Below are positions 10,021 to 21,619 of a stretch of 64,000 nt of DNA, piece after piece (within the stretch, counting starts at the first letter, position 1; every line of letters starts with the position of its first letter). The translations under genes were made by a program, and so were the position numbers. Location of the stretch: positions 1 to 64,000 of the forward strand of contig CAVWLW010000001.1 in the NCBI GenBank assembly GCA_963755715.1, written 5' to 3'. This DNA is from an uncultured delta proteobacterium. GTDB lineage: Bacteria; Desulfobacterota; Binatia; UBA9968. Under the pieces are notes generated by a model. It did no database searches and was not told where the DNA came from. It worked only from the letters and a program-made list of their open reading frames with translations.

Positions 10021-13000
10021 ATGAAAAATGAGGATAAGCCAAAGCCGGACGATAACTGTGAGGCGGCAAACGCGGCGCACCACGGCCGACGCGCCGCGAA
10101 TTTCTAAAAGGTTTAACCACTGGCACGGTGGCCATCGGCGCGCTGAGCCAGTCCGGCTGCGCTCCGGCGATTCCGCCGCTCAAAACCCGCGGCGCGACCA
10201 ATACCACAACAGTCTGTCCCTTTTGCGGTGTCGGTTGCGGCCAGGTCGTCTCGACGCTCGGCGGCAAGGTGATCAACATCGAGGGTGACCCGGGGCATCC
10301 CATTAGCGAAGGCACTTTGTGCAGCAAGGGAGCCGCGGGCATCCAGGTGGTGAATAACTCGCGCCGCCTGCAAAAGGTGCTCTACCGCAAACCGAACGGC
10401 GCTGCTTGGGAAGAAAAGAGCTGGGACTGGGCGCTGGAGCGGATCGCCGCCCGAGTCAAAGAAACCCGCGATAAAACCTTCACGACCAAGGTGAACGAAA
10501 ACACCGTCAACCGCACCGAGGCGATCGCCTGCCTTGGCGGCTCGGCGCTGGACAACGAGGAGGCGTATCTTCTCGTGAAACTCATGAGGTCGCTTGGCCT
10601 GGTGTACGTCGAGCACCAGGCGCGGCTCTGACATAGCTCCACGGTCGCCGGTCTGGCGGCCTCGTTCGGCAGAGGGGCGATGACCAACCACTGGATCGAC
10701 ATGATCAATGCAGATGTCGTCTTGATCATGGGCGGCAATCCGGCGGAGGATCACCCGATCGCGATGAATTGGCTGAGGCGGGTGAAGGAGCGCGGCGCCT
10801 ATATATTGCACGTCGACCCGCGCTTTAATCGCACCAGCTCTATAGCAGACGTGTTCGCCAAACTGCGCTCGGGCACCGACATTGCCTTTGTCGGCGGCAT
10901 GATCCACTACGCCATCGAACAGAACCGCATCCAGCAGGAATACGTGCGCGAGTACACCAATGCCTCCTGGATCGTCGGCGATGGTTACAACTTCGACGAC
11001 GGACTTTTCGCCGGATACGATCCCAAAAGCAGACGCTACGATCGATCCCAGTGGGCCTACGCGCTGGACGCGCAGGGACAGCCGCGGCGCGATCCTACGC
11101 TCAAACATCCCCGCTGCGTATTTCAATTGTTGAAGCGGCACTTCTCGCGCTACGACGCCGACGCGGTGTGCCGGATCACGGGCACGCCGAAAGAAAACTA
11201 TCTGCGGGTTTGCGATCTCTACACCTCGACCTTCGCTCCCGACCGGGCCGGCACCTGGCTGTACGCCATGGGGACGGCCCAGCACAGCCACGGCACGCAG
11301 AACATCCGCTCCTACGCCATCCTGCAATTGCTGCTCGGCAACATCGGGATTGCCGGTGGCGGCGTCAACGCCATGCGCGGCGAATCCAACGTGCAAGGGT
11401 CCACGGACCAGGGACTGAACTACGACGGCTTGCCAGGATACCTGCGGCTTCCCGTCCAGGCTGATGCAGATTTGAAAACCTATCTCTCACGGGTGACCCC
11501 GACGAGCATGGATCCGTCGAGCAGCGCAAACTGGCTGCAGAACACACCAAAATATGTCGTGAGTTTGCTGAAAGCGTGGTGGGGAGAGCGGGCTACCGGC
11601 GAGAATGAATTTGCCTTTAGTTACCTGCCGAAGCTCGGTGCCGGATTTGAGGGACAGGGTTACGCTTTCCTGGCGCTCACCCACGCCATGCTGGCCGGCG
11701 ACATAAAGGGGCTCTTCTGCTTCGGTCAGAACCCCGCCGTCGGCGGCGCCAACGCGCGCTTGATCCGCGCCGGACTGGACAAGCTCGAGTGGATGGTGGT
11801 TGCGGATCTGTTCGAGCACGAGACCGCGGGCTTCTGGAAGCGGCCGGGCACCGATCCGGCGAAGATTCCTACTGAAGTATTCGTTCTACCCGCCGCTTCC
11901 GGTGTCGAGAAAGAAGGCAGTATCGTCAACAGTGGGCGCTGGGCGCAATGGCGCTACCAGGCGATCAAGCCTATCGCCGACTGCCGCCCCGACCTCGATA
12001 TCGTCGACGGCCTCGCCAAGGCCATAAAGCGCGCCTACGAGAAGGACGGAGTATTCCCGGAGCCAATCCGCGATCTCGCGTGGGACTATGGGGATCACGC
12101 GGATCCTCATCGTGTTGCCCGCGAGCTGAACGGACGCTACCTGGTCGACGTGACCGACAAAGACGGCAAAAGCTTTGCTGCAGGCAAGCAGGTGTCGGGC
12201 TTCGCTCAGTTGCGCGACGACGGCACCACGATGTCAGGCAACTGGATTTACTGCGGCGGCTACACCGAAGAGGGCAACCTCGCCGCGCGCCGCGATATGA
12301 CCGATGCGCCGAATGGCATTGGACTTTATCCAAAGTGGTCGTGGGTCTGGCCGATGAACCGGCGCATTCTTTACAACCGCGCCTCGGTCAATCGCAAAGG
12401 CGAGCCCTTCAACCCGCGCAAATGGGTGATCCGTTGGAATGCCGAGAAAAAAACCTGGGAAGGCGATGTGCCTGATGGCGGCATGCCGCCGGGCGAGGTC
12501 AATCCTTTTATCATGCTGGCATCGGGGGTCGGCCAGCTCTATTCGCCCGACCTTGTGGACGGTCCGTTTCCCGAGCATTACGAGCCGGTGGAGAGCCCGG
12601 TGAAAAACCCGTTCTCCAAGATTCAATCGAGTCCCTGCGCGCAGGTCTGGGAGTCCAGCGAATTCGATCGCTACGGCAAACCCGATGTCTTTCCGATTGT
12701 CGCCACGACCTACCGAGTTTCCGAACACTGGCAGACCGGGGCCATGAGCCGCAACATGCCCTGGCTCGTCGGCCTGGTGCCGAACGCCTTCGTAGAAATC
12801 GGCACGGCGCTGGCCAAGCGCGAAGGAATCAAGAACGGCGACCAGGTGATCGTCAGCAGCGCGCGGGGCTCGGTGCAGGTCTACGCGCTGGTCACCGAAC
12901 GTTTCCAGCCTTTCTTCATCGAGGGTCAGACGGTCTATGAGATCGGCCTGCCGTGGCACTGGGGTTACGCGGGCCTCGTACCGGGCGACATCATCAATGA

Positions 13001-13088
13001 TCTCACCGCCAGCGTCGGCGATCCTAACTCGCAGATTCCCGAGAGCAAGGTGTTCCTCTGCAACATCAAGAGAAAGGGCCAAGTATGA
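10021..13088 (+). CDS. fdnG: Selenocysteine-containing Tat-exported formate dehydrogenase alpha subunit (FdnG/FdoG type)
   Basis: TRREFLK Tat motif, CPFCGVGC...LCSKG, HQARL-UGA-HSSTVAGLAASFGRGAMTNHW read-through, MRGESNVQG; probable 1-nt indel near 10060. Confidence 0.93.
10629..10661 (+). other. Sec UGA codon plus bacterial SECIS hairpin
   Basis: TGA 10629-10631; stem GGTCGCC (10643-49), loop GGTCT, stem GGCGGCC (10655-61), starting 11 nt after the UGA as in the fdhF SECIS. Confidence 0.9.
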
Positions 13089-13894
13089 GCACACCAGCGG
13101 TTAAGCCTAAAGCGATGATCCAGGACAACACTCGGTGCATCGGCTGCCGGGCCTGCATGGTCGCTTGCAAATCGTGGAACGACCGGCCGGCGGACAAGAC
13201 GGAATTCTTTGCCGGCGAGGGCTACCAGAACCCGCGCGATCTCGACGCCAACAACTACACGCTGATTACTTTCAACGAGATCGTTAACAGCCCCACTCCC
13301 GATTGGGTATTCGGCCGCCAGCTGTGCATGCACTGCGAGCAGCCCGCCTGCGCCTCGGCGTGCCCGACTACCGCGATGTTCAAAACGGATCTCGGCCCCG
13401 TCGTGTTCGACGAGTCGCGCTGCATCGGCTGTCGCGCGTGCATGCAGGCATGCCCATTCATCATTCCGAAATACGATTACGAGAGCTTCGCGCCGAAGAT
13501 CCACAAATGCACGTTCTGCGCCGACCGTCTGGAGGTTGGACTCGACCCCGCATGCGCGACGGTATGCCCGACCGGCGCGATCAGTTTCGGCGACCGCGAC
13601 GATATGGTTGTCGAAGCGAAGCGGCGCATCGCGGAAGCCCCGGGCACTTATATCCCCGAGATTTACGGCCTCGAAGAAGTCGGCGGCACCAGCGTGCTGC
13701 ACCTGTCATCCGTGCCGTTCGAACAGATCGGCTACATTACCGGCCTGCCGAAAGCGCCGATGCCGGATCTCACGCACCGATGGCTGCGCATGACGGCGCC
13801 GGTGTTTGCTGTGTTGTACGCGGTGTTCGGCGCGCTTAACTGGATCGTGCGCCGGCGCATGCGCCGCCAAGGGCACGAGGGAGAACACACATGA
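13085..13894 (+). CDS. 4x[4Fe-4S] beta subunit, FdnH/HybA family, C-terminal TM
   Basis: CIGCRAC.. twice, CMHC..PAC...CP, KCTFC...PAC...CP. Confidence 0.88.
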   Translation: MSTPAVKPKAMIQDNTRCIGCRACMVACKSWNDRPADKTEFFAGEGYQNPRDLDANNYTLITFNEIVNSPTPDWVFGRQLCMHCEQPACASACPTTAMFKTDLGPVVFDESRCIGCRACMQACPFIIPKYDYESFAPKIHKCTFCADRLEVGLDPACATVCPTGAISFGDRDDMVVEAKRRIAEAPGTYIPEIYGLEEVGGTSVLHLSSVPFEQIGYITGLPKAPMPDLTHRWLRMTAPVFAVLYAVFGALNWIVRRRMRRQGHEGEHT

Positions 13895-15072
13895 ACTGGC
13901 GCATCCGGCTTACCTGGTGGGATAAAACGCTGCTGGCGATTATGGTGGTGGCTGGCATCATTGCCTTCGTGCGATTCGCAACCGGCATCGGCACCGTCGC
14001 CAATATCAACAACGCCTATCCGTGGGGATGGTGGGTCGGCTATGGGATCATGACGATGATCGCCATAGGAGGCGTCGGCTTCACGATCACGGCGTTAGTG
14101 GAAATTTTGGGCGTGCACCGCTACCACTCGTTTTTGCGTCCCGCCGTGCTCATGGCTTTTCTCTGCTACGCGAGCGCGATCACCATGCTCATGGTGGAGC
14201 TTGGCCGTCCGTGGATGGTTTGGATGGTCCTGGTCTCCTGGGCGCCGACCTCGGCGCTCTACGAAGTCGGCTGGTGCGCGTTTTTGTATCTCACGGTGCT
14301 CGCTTTGGAATTCGCGCGGGTTCCGCTCGAGCAGGCTGGCTGGAGTCGCACGTTTCGCATCGTGAGCGCGATTTATATTCCGATCATGCTCCTCGGCGTG
14401 ACGCTGTCGCACCTGCACCAGTCCTCCCTCGGCACTCTGATGACGCTCATTCCCCACAAGGTGAATCTATTGTGGTGGTCGGATCTGTTGCCATTGCTCT
14501 ATCTATTTTCTGCCATGATGGCCGGTCCGGCGATGGCGATCATCGAGCATCTCGCCGCGGCGCGTTGGCTCGGCTTCGCTCCGCGCATGGATCTGCTCGC
14601 CGGCCTCGCCCGAATCGAGGCCTGGCTCGTGGGGCTCTTCCTTGCCTTTCAGATGGGCGATCTTTTTTATCGCGGCGCCGCAGACGCCATGTTCAGCGCT
14701 TCGTGGTTGGCCGTTTCGTTCTGGGTCGAGATTGTTTTCGGCTTGATGCTTCCCTTTGTTCTCCTGATGATGCCGGAAGTACGCGAAACGCGGCGCGGGC
14801 TCGCAACCGCATGTACTTTGGTTCTCGCGGGCATATTACTGCACCGGCTGAACGTGGCCGTGATCGGCTTGAGCGCGCGGCATTGGGAAACTTACTTCCC
14901 TTCATTCGGCGAGGTCGGTATCACACTCGGCATTACAGCGGCGGCCTTGTTCGCGTTCGGCTGGTTGGCGCGCATCCTACCGATCCATGAAGAGTTGCCG
15001 GCGCCGGCGACAAGGCGCCATCCTGAAGCTCAAGCGGCGGGCGTACTGCGGGGCGCCGAAGGGATATCCTGA
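13891..15072 (+). CDS. NrfD/PsrC family membrane anchor (HybB-like)
   Basis: YPWGWW, ELGRPW, SALYEVGWC, LSHLHQSSLG; ~10 TM helices. Confidence 0.88.
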   Translation: MNWRIRLTWWDKTLLAIMVVAGIIAFVRFATGIGTVANINNAYPWGWWVGYGIMTMIAIGGVGFTITALVEILGVHRYHSFLRPAVLMAFLCYASAITMLMVELGRPWMVWMVLVSWAPTSALYEVGWCAFLYLTVLALEFARVPLEQAGWSRTFRIVSAIYIPIMLLGVTLSHLHQSSLGTLMTLIPHKVNLLWWSDLLPLLYLFSAMMAGPAMAIIEHLAAARWLGFAPRMDLLAGLARIEAWLVGLFLAFQMGDLFYRGAADAMFSASWLAVSFWVEIVFGLMLPFVLLMMPEVRETRRGLATACTLVLAGILLHRLNVAVIGLSARHWETYFPSFGEVGITLGITAAALFAFGWLARILPIHEELPAPATRRHPEAQAAGVLRGAEGIS

Positions 15073-15073
15073 T

Positions 15074-15634
15074 ATGAACACAGAACGACCACCGGGAAAC
15101 TACGGTTTTCGCGTTCTGGTGTTACTGGCGGTGCTCGCCAACCTAATCCTCACCATCGCTCTGGTGACTCAGGTGCGAGAGGTTCAGCACCGTGTCGCGA
15201 GCTTGCCGCCGGATCTGGCCAGTAAGCGCGACGTCGCTGCGCTACGGCCACTGCGGGTGCGCGAGATCCTGGTGCGGAATTGTGTGGAGTGTCATAGCAC
15301 GCGGCGTCTGGGAACCACTATCTCCATGGAACCGACGGAAATTCAGCGCACCGTCGAACGAATGCAATACCACCCGGGCGCTGATATCCCACCAGGTGAA
15401 TTGGACCGTATCGCCGCTTCTCTTTTGGTTGCTCGTTGCGCGCGTTGCCATGGTGAGGAAACGCTAAATCTTATGGTGCTAAAGACGCAGACTGAGCGCC
15501 TCGCAACAATCCGCCGCATGGCCGCGCTCCCCGGTTCAGGCGTGCGGCCGGATCAGGCGGTCGCCACCGCGCAAGCGTTCGACAAGCTTCTTGATCAGAC
15601 CGAGATTGGTAGTAGCGCAGGTCGTGGCAAGTAA
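15074..15634 (+). CDS. Membrane-anchored diheme c-type cytochrome
   Basis: N-terminal TM helix, CVECH and CARCH motifs; starts immediately after the HybB-like stop. Confidence 0.72.
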   Translation: MNTERPPGNYGFRVLVLLAVLANLILTIALVTQVREVQHRVASLPPDLASKRDVAALRPLRVREILVRNCVECHSTRRLGTTISMEPTEIQRTVERMQYHPGADIPPGELDRIAASLLVARCARCHGEETLNLMVLKTQTERLATIRRMAALPGSGVRPDQAVATAQAFDKLLDQTEIGSSAGRGK

Positions 15635-15642
15635 ATTGATTC

Positions 15643-15905
15643 ATGAAGCCAGCGAAGTCGTTTGAATCGCTTCTGACGACTGCTGACGAACGGTCCTTAT
15701 GTTGGTTTCGCAATCGATGACCAACCGCGAAATCGCCTCGCCTCTCGGGATTAGTCCCGCCACGGTGAAGCGTCATCTGGAAATATTCTGCGCAAGATAC
15801 GAGCACGTATTCGCATCGAGCCGCGATCTACAGCTTGAGTATGACGCAAATGGCGCGATAAAGGGAAACACGCCACCAACCTTGACGGTGATGTACGGCC
15901 TCTAA
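15643..15905 (+). pseudogene. Stand-alone LuxR/NarL-type HTH regulator, multiply frameshifted
   Basis: VLMLVSQSMTNREIASPLGISPATVKRHLE is the LuxR C-terminal HTH signature. Confidence 0.65.
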
Positions 15906-16024
15906 ATGATCAATGCGACTTTCGTCAATCGTTACTTCGACAACTCGGATGAGTTCAACGTCGGCCCTACTTCAAGATCAGGGCCGTTGCCACCACGAAA
16001 CCACCCGAACAAGCGATCCGACTC

Positions 16025-16046
16025 ATATTGGACCAAGGTCCAATAT
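16025..16046. promoter_or_regulatory. Palindromic operator copy 2 (ATATTGGACC-AA-GGTCCAATAT)
   Basis: Perfect 10-2-10 palindrome ~115 bp upstream of frdC. Confidence 0.8.
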
Positions 16047-16159
16047 TGCCGAATGTCATTTTAGTGATAGGAAGTTTCTCAGACGAAAAGCGTTCGAGAA
16101 GCTGAAAAATAGAATCAATTCGCGCGACCGTAAACGCGCAAACCATAGGAGCGCTGCCA

Positions 16160-16933
16160 ATGAACAACCAAGTCGATGTCATTGCCGGAACCGGTCTGGA
16201 CCTCAAAGCGCGAAAGAGTCACTGGCCGGCGCGCTTGGATTTTGCCCAGAGCGCGAGCGGATTGTTCTTGGGCCTTTTCATGTGGGGCCATATGGCTTTC
16301 GTGTCGACGATCCTGATCAGCAACGATGCCATGTGGTGGGTGACCAAGATGTTCGAGGGACAGTTTATCCTCGGCAAAGCCTATTCCGGCATCGTGGCTG
16401 CAGTCGTCGCCCTGGTTTCGTTTCTGTTCGTGCTCCATGGCTTGCTCGCCATGCGAAAATTTCCTTCGAACTTTCAAGAATACAAAAGTTTCGCCAGCCA
16501 CCGGCAAATGCTGCGCCATGAGGACACCACGCTCTGGTGGGTGCAGGCGTGGACCGGCTTTGCCCTCTTCTTTCTGGCTTCGGTTCATCTCTACCAGATG
16601 CTCATGCATCCCGGCGACATCGGCCCTTACGAATCGGCGGAGCGCGTGTGGAGCGGCCGCTGGTGGCCGCTGTATCTGGTCCTGTTGTTTGCCGTCGAGC
16701 TGCACGGCGGCGTCGGTCTATACCGGTTGGCGGTAAAGTGGGGCTGGTTCGAAGGCGAAGATCCGAATCGGACGCGCGTGATGCTCAAGCGGCTCAAATG
16801 GGCAATCACGATATTTTTCCTGACGCTCGGACTGCTCACCCTGGCGGCATACATGAAGCTCGGCCACGAGCGCCGCGATCGGCTCGGCGAGCGCTATGTG
16901 CCGACGCATCTCAGCGCACCGGGGAAAAATTAA
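16160..16933 (+). CDS. frdC: Fumarate reductase cytochrome b subunit, Wolinella-type diheme
   Basis: [47 protein letters not shown]. Confidence 0.92.
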   Translation: MNNQVDVIAGTGLDLKARKSHWPARLDFAQSASGLFLGLFMWGHMAFVSTILISNDAMWWVTKMFEGQFILGKAYSGIVAAVVALVSFLFVLHGLLAMRKFPSNFQEYKSFASHRQMLRHEDTTLWWVQAWTGFALFFLASVHLYQMLMHPGDIGPYESAERVWSGRWWPLYLVLLFAVELHGGVGLYRLAVKWGWFEGEDPNRTRVMLKRLKWAITIFFLTLGLLTLAAYMKLGHERRDRLGERYVPTHLSAPGKN

Positions 16934-16934
16934 A

Positions 16935-16960
16935 GTAGGGGCGACCGGCGGTCGCCCTAC
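16935..16960 (+). repeat. GTAG-type REP element
   Basis: GTAGGGGCGACCGGCGGTCGCCCTAC palindrome; related copies at 61050-61098. Confidence 0.7.
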
Positions 16961-16994
16961 AGGTTCCGCATCGCTAGCAAAAGAAGGTGGCTTT

Positions 16995-19010
16995 ATGAAA
17001 ATAATTTACACAGACGTTTTGGTCATCGGCGGCGGGCTCGCGGGTTTGCGCATCGGCATCGGCGCCAAACGGCGCGGCCAAGATGTGATCATTCTGTCAT
17101 TGGTGCCGCCTAAGCGCTCTCATTCAGCCGCGGCGCAAGGCGGCATGCAGGCAAGCCTCGCCAACGTCATCAAAGGCGAGGGCGACAACGAAGACGTGCA
17201 CTTCGAAGATACGGTGCGCGGCAGCGACTGGGGCGCCGACCAGCAAGTCGTGCGCATGTTCGTCGATACCGCTCCCAAAGCGGTGCGCGAGTTGGCGGCG
17301 TGGGGCCTACCCTGGAGCCGGATAACCAGAGGCGATCGCGACGTCATCATCAACGGGCAAAAAGTCACCATCACCGAGCGCGACGAAGCCCATGGGCTGA
17401 TCGCTCAGCGGGCCTTCGGCGGCACCAACAAGTGGCGCACCTGTTATGTTTCGGACGGCACCGGGCACGCCATGCTCAATACCATGAGCGATCAGGCGAT
17501 TGCCCAGAAGATACCCGTGCATGAACGAGCCGAGGCGATTGCTTTGATCCACGACGGCAGTCGTTGCTACGGCGCAATCGTGCGCAATCTTGTTACCGGC
17601 GAATTGCTAGCCTACGTCGCCAAGGCCACCGCCATTACCGGTGGCGGCGCGGGGCGGCTCTACCGCGTGACCACCAATGCGGTGATCTCCGAAGGGATTC
17701 CCACTGCCATTGCGCTCGAGACCGGTATCGCTACCCTCGGCAATATGGAGGCGGTGCAGTTTCATCCGACGCCGGCCTTTCCTCCTGGAATTCTGCTCAC
17801 CGAGGGCGCCCGTGGCGACGGCGGGCTGCTCAAAGACGTCGACGGTCATCGCTTCATGCCGGATTACGAGCCGGAGAAAAAAGAGCTTGCCTCGCGCGAC
17901 GTGGTCTCGCGCCGTATGGAAGAGCACATCGCCAAAGGCAAGGGCGTGAAGTCGCGCTTCGGCGAACACCTGTGGCTGGATATCACGCTCCTGGGCGAGC
18001 ACCACATCAAGCACAACCTGCGCGAGGTTTACGAGATCTGCCACTATTTTCTCGGCGTCGATCCGGTGAAGGAGTGGGTGCCGGTGCGGCCGGCGCAGCA
18101 CTACACCATGGGCGGCGTGCGCACCAACCACACCGGTGAAAGTCCGACGCTCAAAGGGTTGTTTTCCGCGGGCGAAGCGGCCTGCTGGGACATGCATGGA
18201 TTCAACCGCCTGGGCGGCAACTCGGTGGCCGAGACGGTGGCGGCCGGCATGATCGTCGGCGAGTTCATCGCTGATTTCTGCGAGCGGTCCGACCCGGGGG
18301 CGAGTATCCCCACCAGTCTGGTTCAGGAAACCTTGCAGCGCGAGCAAGCGAAGATCGATGCCTTGATCGACGGCCGGGGCACGGAGAACGCCGCCGCGAT
18401 CATGGCCGAGATGCAGACGATCATGACTAATAAGGTCGGCATCTTTCGCAGGGGCCCAGTGTTGGAAGAGGCGGTGCACGGGCTGCAGCAGCTTCTGTTG
18501 CGCAGCCGCAACATCGGCCTGCGCTACAAGGCGCGCGGCGCCAATCCGGAGCTGGTGACGGCCTACCGGGTGCAGAAAATGCTCAAGATGGCGCAGTGCG
18601 TCGCCTACGGGGCGCTCCAGCGAACCGAAAGCCGCGGCGCTCACTTCCGCGAGGACTTTCCGCGCCGCAACGACGCCGAATGGCTGAACCGCACCTTGGC
18701 GACATGGAAATCGGAAAGCGACACCCTGCCGTCGCTCGCCTACGAAAAACTCGATGTCATGAAAATGGAGCTACCGCCGGGCTGGCGCGGCTACGGCGCC
18801 AAGGATCACATCGATCATCCCGATACGCCCAGGCGTCTCGCCGAGATCGAAGCGCTCAAGCAGCGCCGCGACGGCGCCGATCGTTTCGCGGTGCAAGAGC
18901 AGCTGATGCCCTACGACCATCTGTTGCCCAAACCTTTGCGCGGCAGGAATGAACGGATCGACGAAAGATTGACCGAGCGTGCCTCGCCTGGAGATCTAAG
19001 AACGCGATGA
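16995..19010 (+). CDS. frdA: Fumarate reductase flavoprotein subunit
   Basis: [16 protein letters not shown] (covalent FAD His), [30 protein letters not shown]. Confidence 0.95.
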   Translation: MKIIYTDVLVIGGGLAGLRIGIGAKRRGQDVIILSLVPPKRSHSAAAQGGMQASLANVIKGEGDNEDVHFEDTVRGSDWGADQQVVRMFVDTAPKAVRELAAWGLPWSRITRGDRDVIINGQKVTITERDEAHGLIAQRAFGGTNKWRTCYVSDGTGHAMLNTMSDQAIAQKIPVHERAEAIALIHDGSRCYGAIVRNLVTGELLAYVAKATAITGGGAGRLYRVTTNAVISEGIPTAIALETGIATLGNMEAVQFHPTPAFPPGILLTEGARGDGGLLKDVDGHRFMPDYEPEKKELASRDVVSRRMEEHIAKGKGVKSRFGEHLWLDITLLGEHHIKHNLREVYEICHYFLGVDPVKEWVPVRPAQHYTMGGVRTNHTGESPTLKGLFSAGEAACWDMHGFNRLGGNSVAETVAAGMIVGEFIADFCERSDPGASIPTSLVQETLQREQAKIDALIDGRGTENAAAIMAEMQTIMTNKVGIFRRGPVLEEAVHGLQQLLLRSRNIGLRYKARGANPELVTAYRVQKMLKMAQCVAYGALQRTESRGAHFREDFPRRNDAEWLNRTLATWKSESDTLPSLAYEKLDVMKMELPPGWRGYGAKDHIDHPDTPRRLAEIEALKQRRDGADRFAVQEQLMPYDHLLPKPLRGRNERIDERLTERASPGDLRTR

Positions 19011-19086
19011 GGCGCGCCTCTTATCGTCGCCTCGGCGCCGTTGGCGTTCCCGAGCGCTGAGCTGAAAAATAGAAAGGAGCATCGCC

Positions 19087-20484
19087 ATGGCTGAGACTCG
19101 GATCGAAAAAGATACCATGGGCGACATTGCGGTCCCGGCGGACCGCTACTGGGGAGCGCAGACCCAGCGTTCGCTGAAATATTTCCAGGCCGGGGCGGGG
19201 CGGGACACGATGCCGAGAGAGCTTATCAAAGCCCTCGGTATCCTGAAAAAGGCCGCGGCCATGGCCAATGTCGAGCTGAAACTTTTAGATAAGGAAAGAG
19301 GCGACATGATCGCTCAGGTCGCCGACGAAGTTGTCTCGGGAAAGCTGGACGAGCACTTCCCGTTGGTCATTTGGCAGACCGGCTCGGGCACCCAGACCAA
19401 CATGAATGCCAACGAGGTGATCAGCAACCGGGCCATCGAAATTTCCGGCGGCGTAATGGGAAGCAAAAAACCGATTCACCCCAATGACGACGTCAACAAA
19501 GCGCAAAGCTCCAACGACACCTTTCCCACCGCGATGCATATCGCTGCGGTGGAAGTTCTGGGCGCTCTGGTCGAGGCGTTGAAAGATTTGAAGAAGCACC
19601 TGGAGGACAAGGCGAGTGCCTATGGAAAGGTAATCAAGATCGGCCGCACGCACTTGATGGACGCAACGCCGCTCAGCCTCGGACAGGAAATTTCCGGTTG
19701 GGCGCAGATGGTGGACAACGACCTGCAGCGCATCGCAATGACACTTCCTGGTCTTTATGAGCTGGCCATCGGCGGCACGGCGGTGGGCACCGGGCTCAAC
19801 ACACATCCCGATTTCGCGGCCAAGGCCGCGGCGAAGATCGCCGAGTTGACCAAACAGCCGTTCGTCAGCGCGCCGAACAAGTTCGAGGCGCTGGCCGGCC
19901 ACGACGCGCTCGTCTTTGCCCACGGCGCGCTCAAAACGCTGGCCTGCTCTCTGATGAAGATCGCCAACGACGTGCGTTGGCTCGCCTCGGGGCCGCGGGC
20001 GGGCCTGGGCGAAATCAGCATCCCGGAGAACGAGCCGGGAAGTTCTATCATGCCGGGCAAAGTGAATCCGACGCAGAGCGAGGCGCTCACGATGATCTGC
20101 GCGCAGGTGTTGGGCAACGACGTGGCTATCAATATCGGCGGCGCCAGCGGCAACTTCGAGCTTAACGTCTTCAAGCCGCTGATGATCCACAACTTCATTC
20201 ATTCGGCCAAGCTTTTGGCCAAGGGGGTCGAGGGCTTCACGCACCATTGCGTCGCGGGCCTCCAGCCCAACGCCGCCCGCATCGACGAGCTGATGAAGAA
20301 AAGCTTGATGCTGGTCACCGCGCTCAATCCGCACATTGGCTACGACAACGCCGCCAAGATCGCCAAGAAGGCCCATGCCGAAGGCACGACACTCAAGGAA
20401 GCAGCAGTGGCGCTGGGCCTGGTGAAAGCTGAGGATCTCGACAAGTGGATCAAGCCCGAAGAAATGATCAAGCCGGGGATGTGA
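19087..20484 (+). CDS. fumC: Fumarate hydratase class II
   Basis: [45 protein letters not shown]. Confidence 0.95.
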   Translation: MAETRIEKDTMGDIAVPADRYWGAQTQRSLKYFQAGAGRDTMPRELIKALGILKKAAAMANVELKLLDKERGDMIAQVADEVVSGKLDEHFPLVIWQTGSGTQTNMNANEVISNRAIEISGGVMGSKKPIHPNDDVNKAQSSNDTFPTAMHIAAVEVLGALVEALKDLKKHLEDKASAYGKVIKIGRTHLMDATPLSLGQEISGWAQMVDNDLQRIAMTLPGLYELAIGGTAVGTGLNTHPDFAAKAAAKIAELTKQPFVSAPNKFEALAGHDALVFAHGALKTLACSLMKIANDVRWLASGPRAGLGEISIPENEPGSSIMPGKVNPTQSEALTMICAQVLGNDVAINIGGASGNFELNVFKPLMIHNFIHSAKLLAKGVEGFTHHCVAGLQPNAARIDELMKKSLMLVTALNPHIGYDNAAKIAKKAHAEGTTLKEAAVALGLVKAEDLDKWIKPEEMIKPGM

Positions 20485-20563
20485 AATCCGTAAGAGTGAC
20501 AAGGGTCGAGTGCGAGTGGGGAGTACATCAGCTTTCAAGGTTTCAGTGTTCAGGTTTCAGTAT

Positions 20564-20704
20564 AACCAACAGGCTGTTGAAAAAGGTTCGGAATGCTTCG
20601 AGAACCTCAGCATGAACGGAAAATCGTCAATGATATCAAAACTCCCCGTTCGTCCTGAGCTCAGTCGAAGGACTCCTAGCAAGTTTTTCAACAGCCTGAA
20701 CCAA
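20564..20704. mobile_element. MITE with perfect 15-bp TIRs and 6-bp target-site duplication
   Basis: CAGGCTGTTGAAAAA (20570-84) / TTTTTCAACAGCCTG (20684-98), flanked by AACCAA on both sides. Confidence 0.8.
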
Positions 20705-20773
20705 AACCTGACACCTGACACCCGATCTCTCTACCTGAGGAAAAGCGGTTTTTTGCAATGAAGGAGACTGACA

Positions 20774-21514
20774 ATGAAAAATGAACCCGTGAAACGACAG
20801 CTAAAGATCAGCGTTCTGCGCTTCAACCCGCAGGATCCGCAGAGCGAACCGCACATGCAGACTTATGAGATCGAGGAAGCGGAGGGCATGACGCTGTTCA
20901 TCGCTCTCATGGAGATTCGCGAGAAGCAGGACCCGTCGCTGGAGTTCGACTTCGTGTGCCGCGCCGGTATCTGCGGCAGCTGCGGCATGATGGTCAACGG
21001 CAGCCCGACGCTCGCCTGCCGTACGTTGACGAAGGACCAGGGCACCGAGATCTCGCTGGCGCCACTGCCGGTCTTCGAGCTGATCGCGGACTTGTCGGTG
21101 GATACCGGCAAATGGATGCGCGGCATGAGCGAGCGTTTGGAGACCTGGCTGCACATGAAGGAGCAGGAGCCGGATCTGCGCCTGCTGGAAGAAAGAATGG
21201 AGCCGGAGCTGGCGGAAAAAATCTACGAGCTCGACCGCTGCATCGAGTGCGGCTGCTGCGTCGCGGGCTGCGGCACGGCGCGCATGCGCGAGAATTTTGT
21301 CGGCGCGGTGGGACTCAATAAGATCGCCCGGTTCCGGATCGATCCGCGCGACCGGCGCACCGATGATGACTACTACGAATTGATCGGGGACGACGACGGC
21401 GTTTTCGGCTGCATGTCCCTTATCGCGTGCCACGACGTGTGCCCAAAGAACTTGCCGCTGGCGACGCAGATCGCGTTTCTCAGACGTAAAATGGTCTCCA
21501 TGGGATGGAAATGA
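20774..21514 (+). CDS. frdB: Fumarate reductase iron-sulfur subunit
   Basis: [27 protein letters not shown]. Confidence 0.95.
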   Translation: MKNEPVKRQLKISVLRFNPQDPQSEPHMQTYEIEEAEGMTLFIALMEIREKQDPSLEFDFVCRAGICGSCGMMVNGSPTLACRTLTKDQGTEISLAPLPVFELIADLSVDTGKWMRGMSERLETWLHMKEQEPDLRLLEERMEPELAEKIYELDRCIECGCCVAGCGTARMRENFVGAVGLNKIARFRIDPRDRRTDDDYYELIGDDDGVFGCMSLIACHDVCPKNLPLATQIAFLRRKMVSMGWK

Positions 21515-21576
21515 TCGAGGATAGAGTGTCGGGTGTCGAGTGTCCGGACCCCTCGACACCCTCGACCCTCAATCCC
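21515..21576. repeat. Inverted heptamer array (GTGTCGA)n...(TCGACAC)n
   Basis: gagtgtcgggtgtcgagtgtcc/ggacccctcgacaccctcgaccc; same family at 36423, 39411 and 40027. Confidence 0.7.
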
Positions 21577-21619
21577 TGCTTTCGAGCAGGTTAACTCTAC
21601 CTGATGAAAGGTCGCGAAC

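Noticed and set aside
838-16160. FNR boxes (TTGAT-N4-ATCAA) upstream of the anaerobic operons
   Set aside because: Only half-sites seen by eye (e.g. ~888, ~15637); no full consensus found.
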